Below are positions 1-12,499 of a DNA stretch of 64,000 bases, piece after piece. The notes under the pieces are model-generated. The model saw nothing but the letters and a program-made list of their open reading frames with translations. It was not told the origin of the DNA and searched no databases. How positions within the stretch are numbered: position 1 is the first letter of the stretch; each line of letters starts with the position of its first letter. The DNA comes from an uncultured Nitrospinota bacterium (lineage in GTDB: Bacteria > Tectomicrobia > Entotheonellia > J063 > CAVPRW01). The stretch covers positions 32,001-96,000 of the forward strand of contig CAVPRW010000008.1 in the NCBI GenBank assembly GCA_963707985.1. The letters are read 5' to 3'. Both the position numbers and the translations under genes were made by a program.

Positions 1-312
1 GACGCACAAGAAGCCCGGGATGCCCTGGAGGCCCTCAAGCAGCTGAAGCTCGAGCCCAAAGCTCGGGAGGATACCGGGAAGGTCTTCTCCTTCCTGGATG
101 AGCACTTCGATCTGATGATCACGTACCTGACGCATCGCGATGTTCACCGTCACTCCTTGGCCGAGTCCGGAATGAGAGTCTTGCGGCGCCTGGAGGTTGA
201 GCACGATGGCGTTCGTACTCCCAAGGGCCGGGAAAACTGCTTAAAGATTTATCAGGCCGTCAAATACCTGGGTTGGTCTGTCCATCACCCCAACCTCACC
301 CTGGTTGGATAA
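1..312 (+). mobile_element. Probable transposase, C-terminal part (runs off the window start)
   Basis: Frame 1 is open from base 1 (DAQEARDALEAL...FDLMITYL...HSLAESGMRVLRR). The late E-x-x-x-R helix resembles DDE transposase C-termini, and it lies in an IS-rich context. Confidence 0.45.
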
Positions 313-401
313 GTGGGACACACTCCTCTAAAGCCTCAAGCCTCAATTAGTTGAGAATGCCTCCCTGATACCTGCTGCCCTAGTACAGCCGACCGAACTG
401 A

Positions 402-416
402 GATATCATTGATATC
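402..416. promoter_or_regulatory. Palindromic operator upstream of the FitA-like antitoxin
   Basis: Perfect inverted repeat GATATCA-T-TGATATC about 40 bp upstream of an RHH antitoxin start. Confidence 0.55.
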
Positions 417-453
417 AGTTGTAAAGGGGTTCCTTGCGTAGGAGGGGCACGAC

Positions 454-687
454 GTGGCACAACTCATCGTCCGGAATGTTGACCCAGAGGTCGTCCACCG
501 GCTCAAGCTGCGCGCTGCACAACATGGGCGTTCGATGGAAGCAGAGCATCGGGAGATACTCCGCCAGGCCTTGCTGACCACTGAGCCTGGCATCTCCCTG
601 AAATCCTTGCTCCTCGCCATGCCTCCGGTAGGCGATGACGACGATTTTGGCCGGCTGCCGGATCACGGGCGTGAGGTCGAGCTGTGA
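454..687 (+). CDS. FitA-like ribbon-helix-helix antitoxin
   Basis: MAQLIVRNVDPEV..RLKLRAAQHGRSMEAEHREIL motif. Its stop overlaps the GTG of a PIN toxin. Confidence 0.9.
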   Translation: MAQLIVRNVDPEVVHRLKLRAAQHGRSMEAEHREILRQALLTTEPGISLKSLLLAMPPVGDDDDFGRLPDHGREVEL

Positions 688-1099
688 GCTACCTCCTCGA
701 TACGAATGTCCTCTCGGACTGCGGAAAGGCCCGCGCGGCAATCCGCACGTGGTAGCCTGGTTTGCGCCTGTCCCTGATCACGCCATCTATCTGAGCGTGC
801 TGGTGATCGGCGAGATTCGGCGGGGCATCGAGCGCATCGCAGCCGAGATCCCCGCGCGGCCACCACGCTCGAGGACTGGCTTGCTCAGGTGATCACAGGA
901 CACCGCGGCCGCATCTTAGCGGTGGACCACACCGTGGCGGAGGAATGGGGGCGCATGACAGCCAGCAGGCCGTTCGACCGTCGATAGTTTGTTAGCCGCA
1001 ACGGCCAAGGTGCATGGCCTCACATTGGTCACGCGCAACGTCATCGACATCGAGGCCACGGGCGTCGCCTATCTCAACCCATTTGAACCTTCCCCCTGA
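684..1099 (+). CDS. vapC: VapC/FitB PIN-domain toxin (frameshifted)
   Basis: SYLLDTNVLS / YLSVLVIGEIRRG / DSLLAATAKVHGLTLVTRNV...LNPF, read across several indels. Confidence 0.85.
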
Positions 1100-1310
1100 G
1101 TCGTCGATCCAGCTTACACAGACGTTTTTGGAGGGATAGAGAAACCCTGCTACCTGATCGCCCGATAAACGGCTCTCGTACTCTATCACGCTAGAAGAGA
1201 TGGATAGGGTGGTTTGACTTGTTTGCGTGCGTCAGCGATGGAAAATCGCCACCCAATGATCGCCTCCTCAGGGATACAGCGATCAAGGCATTGTTGATGG
1301 AGGCAGGCGC

Positions 1311-1455
1311 GATGGCTGGTTTATGCTTCACCGAGGTCCGCACACACGCCACGGAGGTACTCGACTTGACCAGTCTCACCGTGGAGGAGTTTCAACAGTT
1401 AGCCCCCCCTTTTTGAGGTGCCCTTCCAGGCGCATATGGCTCAGTGGCGCTTCGA
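1311..1455 (+). mobile_element. Transposase N-terminal remnant
   Basis: MAGLCFTEV..EVLDLTSLTVEEFQQLAPPF..FQAHMAQWR resembles the HTH N-terminus of IS5-like transposases. It truncates the 3' end of the neighbouring PIN gene. Confidence 0.55.
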
Positions 1456-1681
1456 ATGGGTAGACGAGACAATTGACGGCGCTGGCTATGTGAGCCAGCG
1501 CATGAGGCAGGTCGATAGCGATTCGGTGTCGAGCATAGAGGAACGTAATTTGTGCCAGCACGATAATGGGGACCACCACTGGCGCGGCCGTATCACTGAG
1601 AGCATTCCGCGCGGCTGTGCCCAATCGGAAGCTGCCTTCCAGAAACCACATGAGGGCATGTGTGTCCACGCCATACGTCAT
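1456..1681 (-). pseudogene. VapC-like PIN toxin, 3'-truncated
   Basis: MTYGVDTHALMWFLEGSFRLGTAARNAL..VVVPIIVLAQI is a PIN N-terminus. The sequence runs into the IS remnant. Confidence 0.75.
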
Positions 1682-1688
1682 TCAAGCA

Positions 1689-1783
1689 CTACCTTTCCTG
1701 ATGACCCTCCCACTCAAACCGATAATGCATGGCGCCAATCTCCTCTGCGCTCGAAGCCGCCTTCCCCTCAAGGATGCCATAAA
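1689..1783 (-). pseudogene. 3' half of an antitoxin gene split by the composite IS
   Basis: YGILEGKAASSAEEIGAMHYRFEWEGHQER* ends 7 bp before the PIN ATG and joins in frame with 6303..6428 once the insertion is removed. Confidence 0.8.
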
Positions 1784-1837
1784 CTCACGGTTCGCTCAAA
1801 TTTCGAACGGTTTCGAACATTGTGGTAAGCTCTCGGC

Positions 1838-3390
1838 ATGACCGAGAAACTTACCATCATCAGTGAACGCGTCGATGACATCCCGCTGTTGCTCGCCCAG
1901 CTGGAACGGATGGGCGTGCAGCCTCTGCTGGACGAGCACTTCCCCACCCACGGGAACTGGGTGGGTCTCAGTCTGGGCTGGGTGACCGTGATCTGGTTGA
2001 CCCCTATCCTGGTCGGAAGCGAACCATCGGCTGAACCATGGGGAACCCTGGGCAGAGCAGCGGCTCCACACGCTGCGCGGCTGCACCGGGCAGCTGGCCC
2101 ACTCCTTGGACCTGGGCGACGACCGGCTGGCCGGGGTCCTGGAGGCCTTGAGTGACGATGCGGGCTGGGCCACGTTTGAAGGGGCCTTGAACCAGCAGTT
2201 GCTGCGGGTGTATGACCTGCAACCGGCGTGTGTGCGCCTGGACAGCACCACGGCCAGTGGTCATTGGACGGTGACCGAAGACGGGTTGTTCCAGTTCGGG
2301 CACAGTAAGGATCATCGCCCCGACCTGCCGCAAGTGAACGTGATGCGGTCGGTCCTGGATCCTCTGGGCCTGCCGGTGGCCACGGACGTCGTGCCCGGGC
2401 AACGGGCCGATGACCCCTGGTACGTGCCCGCCATCACCCGGGTGCGCGAGAGTCTGGGCCGACGGGGGTTGCTGTCTGTCGGGGACTGCACAGATGGGGG
2501 CGGTGGAGACTCGGGCTTTCATCCAAGCCGGCGGCGATGCCTACCTGTGTCCGTTGTCGGAGATCCACATACCGCTGGAGGTGTTGGAGGGCTACTTGGC
2601 CCCTGTCTGGCTTGGGCAACAACCGTTGACCCGCATCACGCGTGTGGCCGCCAGTGGCACACGGGCGTGCATGGCCGACGGCGACGAACGGCTGGAACCC
2701 GTGACCGCCGTGGTGGCTGGGAAGGCCGTGCGCTGGAGGGAGCGGCGGCTGGTGGTGCGCGTCGCGGCAGCTGGCTCGTGCGGGGGAAGCGGGACTGCGG
2801 GCGCGGCTGGTGAAGGCGCAGGCCGCGGTGACCGCGCTCAATGACCGCGGGCGGGGCAAGCGACGGTTTCTGGAGCGGCCCGCCTTGGAGGAGGCGGTGG
2901 AGGCGATCTTGACGCGGTATCGGGTCCCGGGCCTGCTGGCCGTGCGCTCTACCACACACGTGCAGGAGCGCCCGCTGCGGCGCTATGGCCGCCGGCCGGC
3001 CACGGTCGGTGTGGAGCGCGATGTTGGCGTGACCGCCATCGTCGACCGCGGCGCCGTGGCCGCCGCCGTCCGGCGGCTGGGGTGGCGAGTGTATGCCACC
3101 AATGCGTCGCCCGCCCAGCTCTCCCTGGCCCAAGCGGTGCGGGCCTACCGCAGTGAGTATCTCGTGGAGCGGGTCATGGGCCGGCTGAAAGGACGCCCGT
3201 TGTCGCTGACCCCGATGTATCTGGAACGGGACGATCATGCCACCGGCTTGATCCGGCTGCTGTCGGTGGGGTTGCGGGTGCTGACGCGGCTGGAGTTGGC
3301 GGTCCGCCAGCGCCTGGCCGCCGACCGGCCGGTACTGGCGGGGCTGTATGCCGGCAACCCCAAGCGGGCGAGCGCCCGCCCCACAACCGA
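1838..3390 (+). pseudogene. IS1634-family transposase copy 1, frameshifted, lacking its C-terminus and right end
   Basis: ERVDDIPLLL, VRLDSTT, FGHSKDHRPDLPQ and VERVMGRLK motifs. Homology with copy 2 stops at about 3390. Confidence 0.85.
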
Positions 3391-3471
3391 TTACAAAAAC
3401 CCGAGAAACTCTGCAACCGTCATTCCTGCTTGCTCGATAATCGATTCCAGAGTTCGGCGTTTCAGATCGTT
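3391..3471 (-). pseudogene. HicA toxin C-terminal remnant
   Basis: NDLKRRTLESIIEQAGMTVAEFLGFL* matches the HicA C-terminal pattern (DL..GTL.SI..QAG....EF). Confidence 0.65.
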
Positions 3472-3472
3472 A

Positions 3473-3898
3473 TTATTGGCGAGTGATATGCTCGGCAACA
3501 ATCCGGGCAAACTCGGCCGGGCTCACAATCGTGGTGCCTTCGAATGTCGGAGCAGGGAAGTGGCGTTTGTTGCCGGTCACGAGATAGTCTGCTCGGGCTT
3601 TCTGGGCGCATTCGAGGAATCGGTTATCGGGCTCATCGGACGCGGTGGTGACCCTCTGCGTGGGGCGGACCATGGTCGTCGCTCGCACCAGATCTCGCAG
3701 AAAGCGATCGATGGCCGCGGGATCGAATGTGAATTTTGGGCGTTTGAGGACTTCGGTATATTCTTCGAGGATCGCGGGCGACAGAAAAAGCCTCACCTGC
3801 TTGCCCATCGCCAAGCCTACCAGTGAGGCCGGAATACTGCCGGGTTTGAGCGCGGCAGACACCAGGATATTCGTGTCATAGACGACCTTCAGGGTCAT
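3473..3898 (-). CDS. PIN-family putative toxin (TIGR00305-like)
   Basis: VVYDTNILVSA, DEPDNRFLECA and ADYLVTGNKRHF motifs. Intact and translationally coupled to the antitoxin. Confidence 0.9.
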   Translation of the reverse strand: MTLKVVYDTNILVSAALKPGSIPASLVGLAMGKQVRLFLSPAILEEYTEVLKRPKFTFDPAAIDRFLRDLVRATTMVRPTQRVTTASDEPDNRFLECAQKARADYLVTGNKRHFPAPTFEGTTIVSPAEFARIVAEHITRQ

Positions 3899-4200
3899 GC
3901 GTTGGAACGCGGCTTTGCCTGACGTACCGCCGCGATCTCGGCCTCGATCTCCTCAAGGGTGAGCTTCTCAGCGCCGCTTTTGTGGGCCTGCTTCTGGAGT
4001 GCGGCCAGGGACTGCGGGGTTTTGACGATCGCCTGGAGAAAGTCCTCAATGCCGAGGATGACGGCTTTCGCTTCGCCCTTCTTGGTCACCAAAAAGCGCT
4101 CGCGGTTCTGCGAGACTCGGTCCATGATTTGCCCGAACTGGGTCCGGGCGATAACGGCAGGGATGCTCTTGGTCACAAGTGGGGTGCTCTTCTTTGGCAC
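3895..4200 (-). CDS. Phd/YefM-family antitoxin
   Basis: IPAVIARTQFGQIMDRVSQNRERFLVTKKGEAKAVIL and a C-terminal LTLEEIEAEIAAVR. Confidence 0.9.
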   Translation of the reverse strand: MPKKSTPLVTKSIPAVIARTQFGQIMDRVSQNRERFLVTKKGEAKAVILGIEDFLQAIVKTPQSLAALQKQAHKSGAEKLTLEEIEAEIAAVRQAKPRSNA

Positions 4201-4235
4201 AGCCGTCCCTCCACAGACGGGCGAAAGACAGAGGT

Positions 4236-4281
4236 AATTAATTGATTAATTGTATTATACGGCAGGCAGGACAGCTGTCAA
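4236..4281 (-). promoter_or_regulatory. Sigma70 promoter and operator of the phd-PIN operon
   Basis: Minus strand TTGACA-N16-TATAAT (4281..4254), followed by the palindrome AATTAAT-N2-ATTAATT (4236-4251). Confidence 0.8.
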
Positions 4282-4558
4282 GGAGGAGAACAGCGTGGGA
4301 GAGGAAGCTACCGCCGGGGCGATTGCGTACGACGTTCGTTCGCCCTCATCCGCCAGCTCTTGGGAAAATCCTCCGGGACGGCTTGAGCGATGAGGTGGCG
4401 GATGATCTCACGGTTCGCTCAAATTTGGAGGGGTTTCAAACATTGTGGTAAGCTCTCTAGCTCTCGACGCAGAGCAATCCGTCATAAGGCGACGGCTGGC
4501 CTCCTTATGGACCCGCAGAGTGGGGTCGTCTGCGGGGTTCCAACAGCAAGAGAGCGGC

Positions 4559-6301
4559 ATGACCGAGCCCCTGACCCTGACGACGGAACGTGTCGATGAT
4601 ATTCCCCTGTTACTGGCCCAGCTGGAGCGCATGGGGCTCCAACCCCTGTTGGACGAACATTTTCCCACCCATGGCAACTGGGTGGGCCTGAGCCTGGGAT
4701 GGGTGAGCGTGGTCTGGTTGACCCATATCCTCTCCGAGGGCGACCATCGACTGAACCACGTGGCCCCCTGGGCCAAACAACGCCTCCACACGCTGCGGGA
4801 GTGCACCGGGCAGCTGGTGCACCCGTTGGACGTCAGCGACGACCGGCTGGCGACGGTGCTGGAGGCCTTGAGCGACGATACGCCCTGGAACGCCTTTGAG
4901 GGGGCGCTCAATCAACACACACTGCGCGTGTATGATCTGCAGCCGGCCTGCGTCCGCTTGGATAGTACCACCGCCAACGGCCACTGGACCGTGACGGAAG
5001 ACGGGCTGTTCCAGTTTGGCCATAGCAAAGACCATCGCCCCGACCTGCCCCAGGTCAAGATCATGCTCTCGGCTCTGGATCCCCTGGGCATGCCGGTGGC
5101 GACGGACGTCGTGCCAGGGCCAGCGGGCCGATGATCCGCTGTACGTGCCCGCCATCACCCGCGTCCGGGAGGGCCTGGGGCGGCGCGGGCTGCTCGTATG
5201 TGGGCGATTGTAAGATGGCGGCCCTGGAGACCCGGGCCTTTATCCACGCCGGCGGCGATGACTACTTGTGCCCGTTGTCGGAGAGCCAGCTGCCGCCAGC
5301 GGTCTTGGCCGGCTATCTGGCGCCGGTGTGGACGGGCGAGCAGGCCTTGACCATGATACACCGCGCGCCGCCGGGCGGCACTCCAGAGCTGATCGCGGAG
5401 GGCTTTGAGCGGCTGGAGTCCGTGACCGCAGAGGTGGCCGGACAGCCGCACAACTGGCGGGAGCGGCGCTTGGTCATCCGGTCGTGCCAGCTGGCCCAGG
5501 CCGGGGAGCGGGGGCTGCGCGCCCGGCTGGCCAAGGCGCAGGCGGAGATCAGGCCCTCAACACGCGCGGCCGGGGCCAGCGACGGTACGCTGACCCGAGT
5601 GCCCTGCGGGAGGCGGTGGAGGCCATCCTGGCCCGCTATCGGGTGCAAGGCCTGTTGCACGTCCGCTATAAGGAACAATGGTGGGAGCAACCGGTGCGGC
5701 GGTATGGCGGCCGGGACTGCGACCGTGCGACTGGCGTGGGACGTCCAGGTGACGGTCAGTCTCGACGAGGAGGCGGTGGCCACGGCGGTGCGCCAGCTGG
5801 GCTGGCGGGTCTATGTCACCACCCAACCCCCGGAGCAGCTGTCCCTGCAGGAGGCCGTCCTGGCGTACCGCAATGAGTACCTGGTCGAGCGGGCGATGGG
5901 CCGCCTGAAAGGCCGGCCCTTGTCGCTGACCCCCATGTATCTGGAGCGGGATGACCATGCGACCGGGTTGATCCGCCTGTTGTCCATCGGCTTGCGGGTG
6001 CTGACGCTGCTGGAGTTTGGGGTCCGCCGGCGCTTGGCGACGGGCCAAGACCACGCTGGCCGGGTTGTATGTCGGCAACCCAAAACGGGCCACCGCGCAC
6101 CCGACGGCTGAACGCCTGCTGGAGGCCTTTCAAGGGCTGACGCTGACCATTCATCCGGGAAGGCCGCCGTCGGCGCCGTCATCTGACGCCCCTGTCTCGC
6201 GTGCAACAGCGCATTCTCACGCTCCTCGACTTCTCTGTGGACATCTATACGAGGCTCTGTCCCGATTCTCACAAACCGCCCTAAAAATGAGCGAACCGTG
6301 A
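4559..6301 (+). CDS. IS1634-family transposase copy 2 (several frameshifts)
   Basis: Same motifs as copy 1. The IS spans 4407..6302 and the stop codon lies inside the right TIR. Confidence 0.88.
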
Positions 6302-6302
6302 G

Positions 6303-6428
6303 ATAAAGGTCGACAAATGAGTGAGACACCGTCGGTGTGCTCAGCCCGTGTACCTGTGTTTTCAGCACTGCCAATTGCGTCTCTAATGCCTTGATTCGGG
6401 CCGTAAAGGCCTTTTCAGTCATGGTCAA
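6303..6428 (-). pseudogene. 5' half of the split antitoxin gene
   Basis: RBS GAGGTG followed by MTMTEKAFTARIKALETQLAVLKTQVHGLSTPTVSHSFVDLY, interrupted at the target duplication. Confidence 0.8.
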
Positions 6429-6489
6429 TCACCTCAACTCATAACACGGGACTAGGTTTTGCTGTACCTATTGTCTCCGCGTCTGTACT

Positions 6490-7863
<1,374 letters not shown>

Positions 7864-8060
7864 CCACGTTCAAGGGGCTAGGTTTGGACCACACGATTTT
7901 TGCTTGGGAGAAAAGGCCCGCTAGGCTCCACAGCATGGAAGCTGCGATAAGACCTTATAGGCTTCTTAGAGGTCGTCTCACCACGTCTCGCGTGTCGGTC
8001 TCCGTAACGTCCTTCGATGTGTGCGCGGACCTGGCGGCACCATGTGACCACGCCGTTGCC

Positions 8061-9568
8061 TCACGGGCTGACGGTGAAGGGTTGAAGCGTGAGCCCGAGC
8101 AGGTCCCCGGTATCCACCTGGCCATCGGCAAAGGCCCCCGGTGGCGTGAGCAGGGTGAAGATGGTGTAGGACCCGGACGACTCCCCCCCGGTGAAGGTGT
8201 AGACGAAGAAGTCCTCAACGGTGGTCTCCTCCCCTGGCGGGAATTCGACGCATGCGAGCGAGGGGGGCGAACGTGCGCGGGTCAGCGTCGAGGCGGGTCA
8301 CCACACCGTCGAGTGGCGCCAGGCTGGTGACGAAGAGGACAGTCACCCCGTCGGGTAGGAGCACTCCGAGGTAGGCGTTCGCCGTGACGGTCGGCCCGGG
8401 ATGGTGGATACCCAGCGCGACCCGCAACGTCTCCCCAGCGAAACGTGGCTGATTCAGGCCGAGGGTGACGGTGACCGGCGAGAACTCGACGGCGCCGATG
8501 TCACAGGGGGTCACCCGCAGCTGGCCCGAGCTGATCGGTTGCGGGACACGTCGTCGGATCGCCCGCATCGATCGCCTGACTGGTAGGGAGTAGTGGGACG
8601 TAGCCTTGCCCGGGCGTGCCGTCATCGGTGAACGGCCCCAAGCCGGGGTCGCCGGTCCGGTCAGTCGCCGTGCTGGGACACCCGGTGAGATTCCCGAGGA
8701 GGTTATGGCCGACCAGAGATGAATGGAGCGTGACAATCGGGACCGGTCCCCGTCGGGGTCACCGAGTTATGGGCGAGGATTGTGTTCCGCGCGCCCAGAA
8801 TGTCCAGCGGGTCAAATGCCGCCAGTGCCGCTGGCACCGCCACCGACTCCGCCGCGTTGCCGCTGACCGTGCTGTTGGTGAGCGTCGCGGAGCACGGGTC
8901 CCCACGGCGATGCCCCCGCCACCGCCACCGGCTGGGTTCCCAATTAGCGTGCTGTTCGTGATCGTCATGGAGCTTGAGGGGGTGCCCGTGGCGATGCCGC
9001 CACCGCGGTCGTGCGACGTTGTCACTCACCGTGCTGTCGGTGATCATCAGCGTGGCAGTACTGTAGATGCCACCACCCGCTTCGCCGCATGGCCCCGCAG
9101 GAGGCTGTGCGTCATCGTGAGCGTGCCATGGTTCCGGACGCCACCTCCCCCGTCCGCAAGGCCTGCGAGGTCACCCCCCTGCAGGGTGAGTCCCTCCAGG
9201 GCGAGAGTCCCCTGCAAGGCCACGTGGAGGAGGCGGAACTGCGGGGCCCCGACCGCTCGTTCAATCATCGTGCTGTCGGCCCCGGCCCCTCGGAGAGTCA
9301 GCGGGCTGGTCACGGAGGGCAGGCCTGTCAGTCCATCGGTGTTGTTGTCGACGGCCGTCAGCGTATAGGGGCCCGCCGCTAAGGTAAGGGTATTGGCAGT
9401 CCCACTCGCATTGGCGGCGTTGATGGCAGTGATGAGGCAGGCCACATCCCCGGCGGCACACGCAAACTCGGCGGCATCCAGGGGGCGAGCCAGTCCCAGG
9501 AGACCAAGCAGCCCCGCTACGACCAGCCAGCCGCGGCCTGTCTTCATGGACCAACGCGCAATCGTCAT
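8061..9568 (-). CDS. Secreted beta-helix / choice-of-anchor-Q-like protein with a C-terminal beta domain (frameshifted)
   Basis: Signal peptide (..LLGLARPLDA), LITAINAANA, GGGV/GGGI and STVSGN repeats, ARNTILAHN..GPDC and CDIGAVE motifs. Confidence 0.75.
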
Positions 9569-9982
9569 GCGTCCCCCTTCATAGCTACTGAGCAGACATG
9601 CCTGCGACATGCAGGCGGAGACAGACGAGAGACAATGTCCCCTCGAGAGCGACGAGTGGCCTGTCAGGCATAGGGGGCGTGATGCGCCACTTGGCATGTT
9701 GCCCTGCCACGACCAGCGGGCACGGTCAGCGAGGTGCATGCGGCGCGAGTGTAGATCGGCCACGTGGCTGTGTCAATCATGAATAGAGGTGGCGCAATCA
9801 ATGTGGGATATGAGCTGAATCACCTGCGTGAGGTCACGCTGCCCATCAAGGATCCCTTCACCAGCACAGAAGAAGAGGTCTATGAGGTTTTATCGCAGCT
9901 TCCGTCCTGTAGGCCCCGCTATGGTCCGCGACGGCGCTCCGCCATGATGCTGTCGGGAGGAGACACTGACAGGAGGTGCATT

Positions 9983-11726
9983 ATGGCTATGGCCGTGCAG
10001 CAGATTCATCCCATCGCGCATGTACCGCTGGTCCTGGGAGTCTTACGGCGCCTGGAGGTCGCCACCGGGATTGACCGCCTCATCCCGCCCCACGCGGCGC
10101 ATGTGCTCTCGTGTGGGCGTGGGGTCGAAGCCATGGTCCTCGCCATTCTGGATGGGGATCATGCCCTCTATAAGGTCGGGAGACGCCTGGAAGCGCGTGG
10201 CATGGTGGCGCTGCTGCAGCCGGGGCTCACGCGTGCCTCGCTCAATGATTACCGGTTAGGCCACATCCTCGATGCGCTGTTTGCCGCCAATCTCAATCAG
10301 TGTCTTCAGCGCTGTCGCCCTCAAAGCCCTGGAGGTCTATGCGATCCCAACGCCCTGGCTGCATCAAGATACCACGACCATTGCGCTCTATGGCGCGTAT
10401 GAGGATGAACCCCAGACCCCGGGGGCACCTCGCCCCGCCTACGGGCATAGCAAAGATGGGCGTGACGATCTCAAACAGGTGCTGCTCAGTCTCGGCGTGA
10501 GCGGGGATGGAGGAATACCCCTGCGCATCGGGGTGCGTGATGGCAACCGCAGCGATAGTGTGGAAACGCCCACTGGCGATTGAGGAGTGTCTGGCGTTGG
10601 GTTTGGAGGGATCCGTGGGATGGTCGCGGATAGCAAGGCCTATAGTTGCCGCACCTTGGGTTTGTGTTTGGAGCGTGGGATCGGCTTAGTGACGTGAGTC
10701 CCGCGCACCTGTGCCGTGCGTCAGGCACTCGAAGCCTGGGGGCGCCAGCAACTCGCCTTGCCCCTCTTGGTGGAGAAGCCCGGGCGGACCCAGGCCGAGG
10801 CGCCTCGCCACTGGCATGGGCAAAGCGTGCGCCGGCACGTGGAAGTCGAGTACGGCGATGGACAGATCACGCAGCACGAATTGCGCTTTGTCGTCGTGCG
10901 TTCGAGCCAACTGGCCCAGCGGCAAACCCACACGTTTGCCAGCGCCCAAGGGAAGGAAGCCGAGGCCGTGACCGAACACGTGCAGCGTGTGCACGCTCGG
11001 TGGTTCGGCTGCCTGCCCGACGCCGAAGCCGCTATCGCAGCGTATGCAGCACGAGGCCAGGGACGCCGAGGGCGCCGCCCACGCCTCTGGCGGTATCATA
11101 CCGTACGCTATCGCATTGTTGCCGCCAGCCGCCGCACGCGACGCGCTCGTCGGGGCCGTCCCGCCAAGACAGACCTACCGCCGACCGAGGTGGGCTATCG
11201 CCTGACCGTCGAGGTCGAAGCCCTGAGCAACTCTGCGGAGGACCATGGGTGGACCGTGCTGGCCACGACTGTGAGCCCTGAGACGTGTACGGATGCCGAA
11301 ATTCTCCAGGCCTATCAGGAGCAAAACACGACGGTGGAACCGGGCTTTCGCTGGATCAAGAATCCAGCGGCGATCAGCCCCGTGTGGCTGGAGAAGCCCG
11401 AACGGATCGCGGCGTTGGCGATGCTCACGGTACTGGGCTTGCTCGTCTACAGTATTATCCAGAGACAGGTCCGCCTCTACCTGCGCATCCATGACCAGCA
11501 GATGCCGGGGAACAAAGGTGCGACGGCCACACCAACGGCGGCAGTCGTGTTGGCATTGTTTGCCCACGTGGCCCTCGTCCAATTATGGATAGGCGATCAA
11601 GAGGTCGAGCAGATGTATGGTATCCAACCCCATCACCTGCTGCTCTGTGACGCACTAGGACTTGACGACTCGGGGTATAAAGTGCCTTCCGTGCAAAAAA
11701 ACGGCGGGTGCATTCAGACCCCTTGA
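9983..11726 (+). CDS. IS1634-family transposase, second subtype (frameshifted)
   Basis: LHQDTTTI, YGHSKDGRDDLKQ, RDGNRSD, VADSK and VEPGFRWIKNP motifs. Confidence 0.88.
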
Positions 11727-11735
11727 ACGTGGGGT

Positions 11736-12135
11736 GAGGAGCTGCTAGCGTTGGGGATTGAGTGGCTATGCCAGCTGACCGAGTGGCGCGCCGCGCTCGA
11801 GCAGCTCTATACAGGACGGGACGCGCCAGGCGGCTCCCGTTGCAACGGGCACGTGTGTGGCCAAAGCCGACGCCTCCTGTGCGCAAGCCGGGCATTGGCC
11901 CCTTCCGCTCAGGGCCCCATCGCCCGAGGCGATCACGGCGCTGCCGGTAGACGTGAAGGTGACACTCAACGCTTGCCCTGCGTGTGGGGGGCTCCCTGGG
12001 AGGAGGAGCGCGTCGCCTGTGCCTCTCAAACGAAGCTCCCCGAATGTCCCAGACCACAGGTGATCCAGTATCGCGGGTGGGGCTGTCGGGGCACGGTGTG
12101 TGGCCCTCAGGTACGTGGCTGGCATCCAAATCTGG
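11736..12135 (+). pseudogene. IS66-family transposase remnant
   Basis: Degenerate coiled-coil start, then ACPACGG and P.CPRPQVIQYR...C..CG.QVRG.HP zinc-finger region. Confidence 0.6.
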
Positions 12136-12269
12136 GGTCAAAGACGATGATATATTCCCCAAAGGGACGATCCCAAATTCCCCACGTAAGCCAAACGAGG
12201 TTCGATACATCCTTGGGGGGCCGAGGGGGCCCTCAGTGCTCCAAGGGAGGGGAGGGATGGTCAACGTAC

Positions 12270-12430
12270 AGGAATGGGTACAGATTTTAGGAGGGTGCTG
12301 CCCGAACTGTGCATGGAGCCTTCGTCGGTAGCGATCAAGAACCTGGTCCAGAGTCCCATGATATTTCGCGCACCGTAGCGCCAGCATCTGGTTGGCATTC
12401 GTCACATACCACCTGGCGCCGGAGCCGTAC
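12270..12430 (-). pseudogene. ISKra4-like transposase C-terminal remnant
   Basis: SGARWYVTNANQMLALRCAKYHGTLDQV motif. Confidence 0.6.
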
Positions 12431-12499
12431 CACCCCCCACCCGTGTCTCCACGGTGGTTAAGTCCCACATATTGTAATTTCAGTAAGACTGGCTCCCCC

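Larger units (their letters stand above)
1784..6302 (+). mobile_element. Composite IS1634-family element carrying a TA module
   Basis: 15-bp TIR CTCACGGTTCGCTCA at 1784 (repeated at 4407), inverse TGAGCGAACCGTGAG ending at 6302, flanked by direct repeat ATAAA (1779-1783 and 6303-6307). Confidence 0.85.

Noticed and set aside
2810..3826. 338-aa ORF looking like a transposase with a novel C-terminal fusion
   Set aside because: The tail is read-through across the truncation point, antisense to the HicA remnant and PIN gene.
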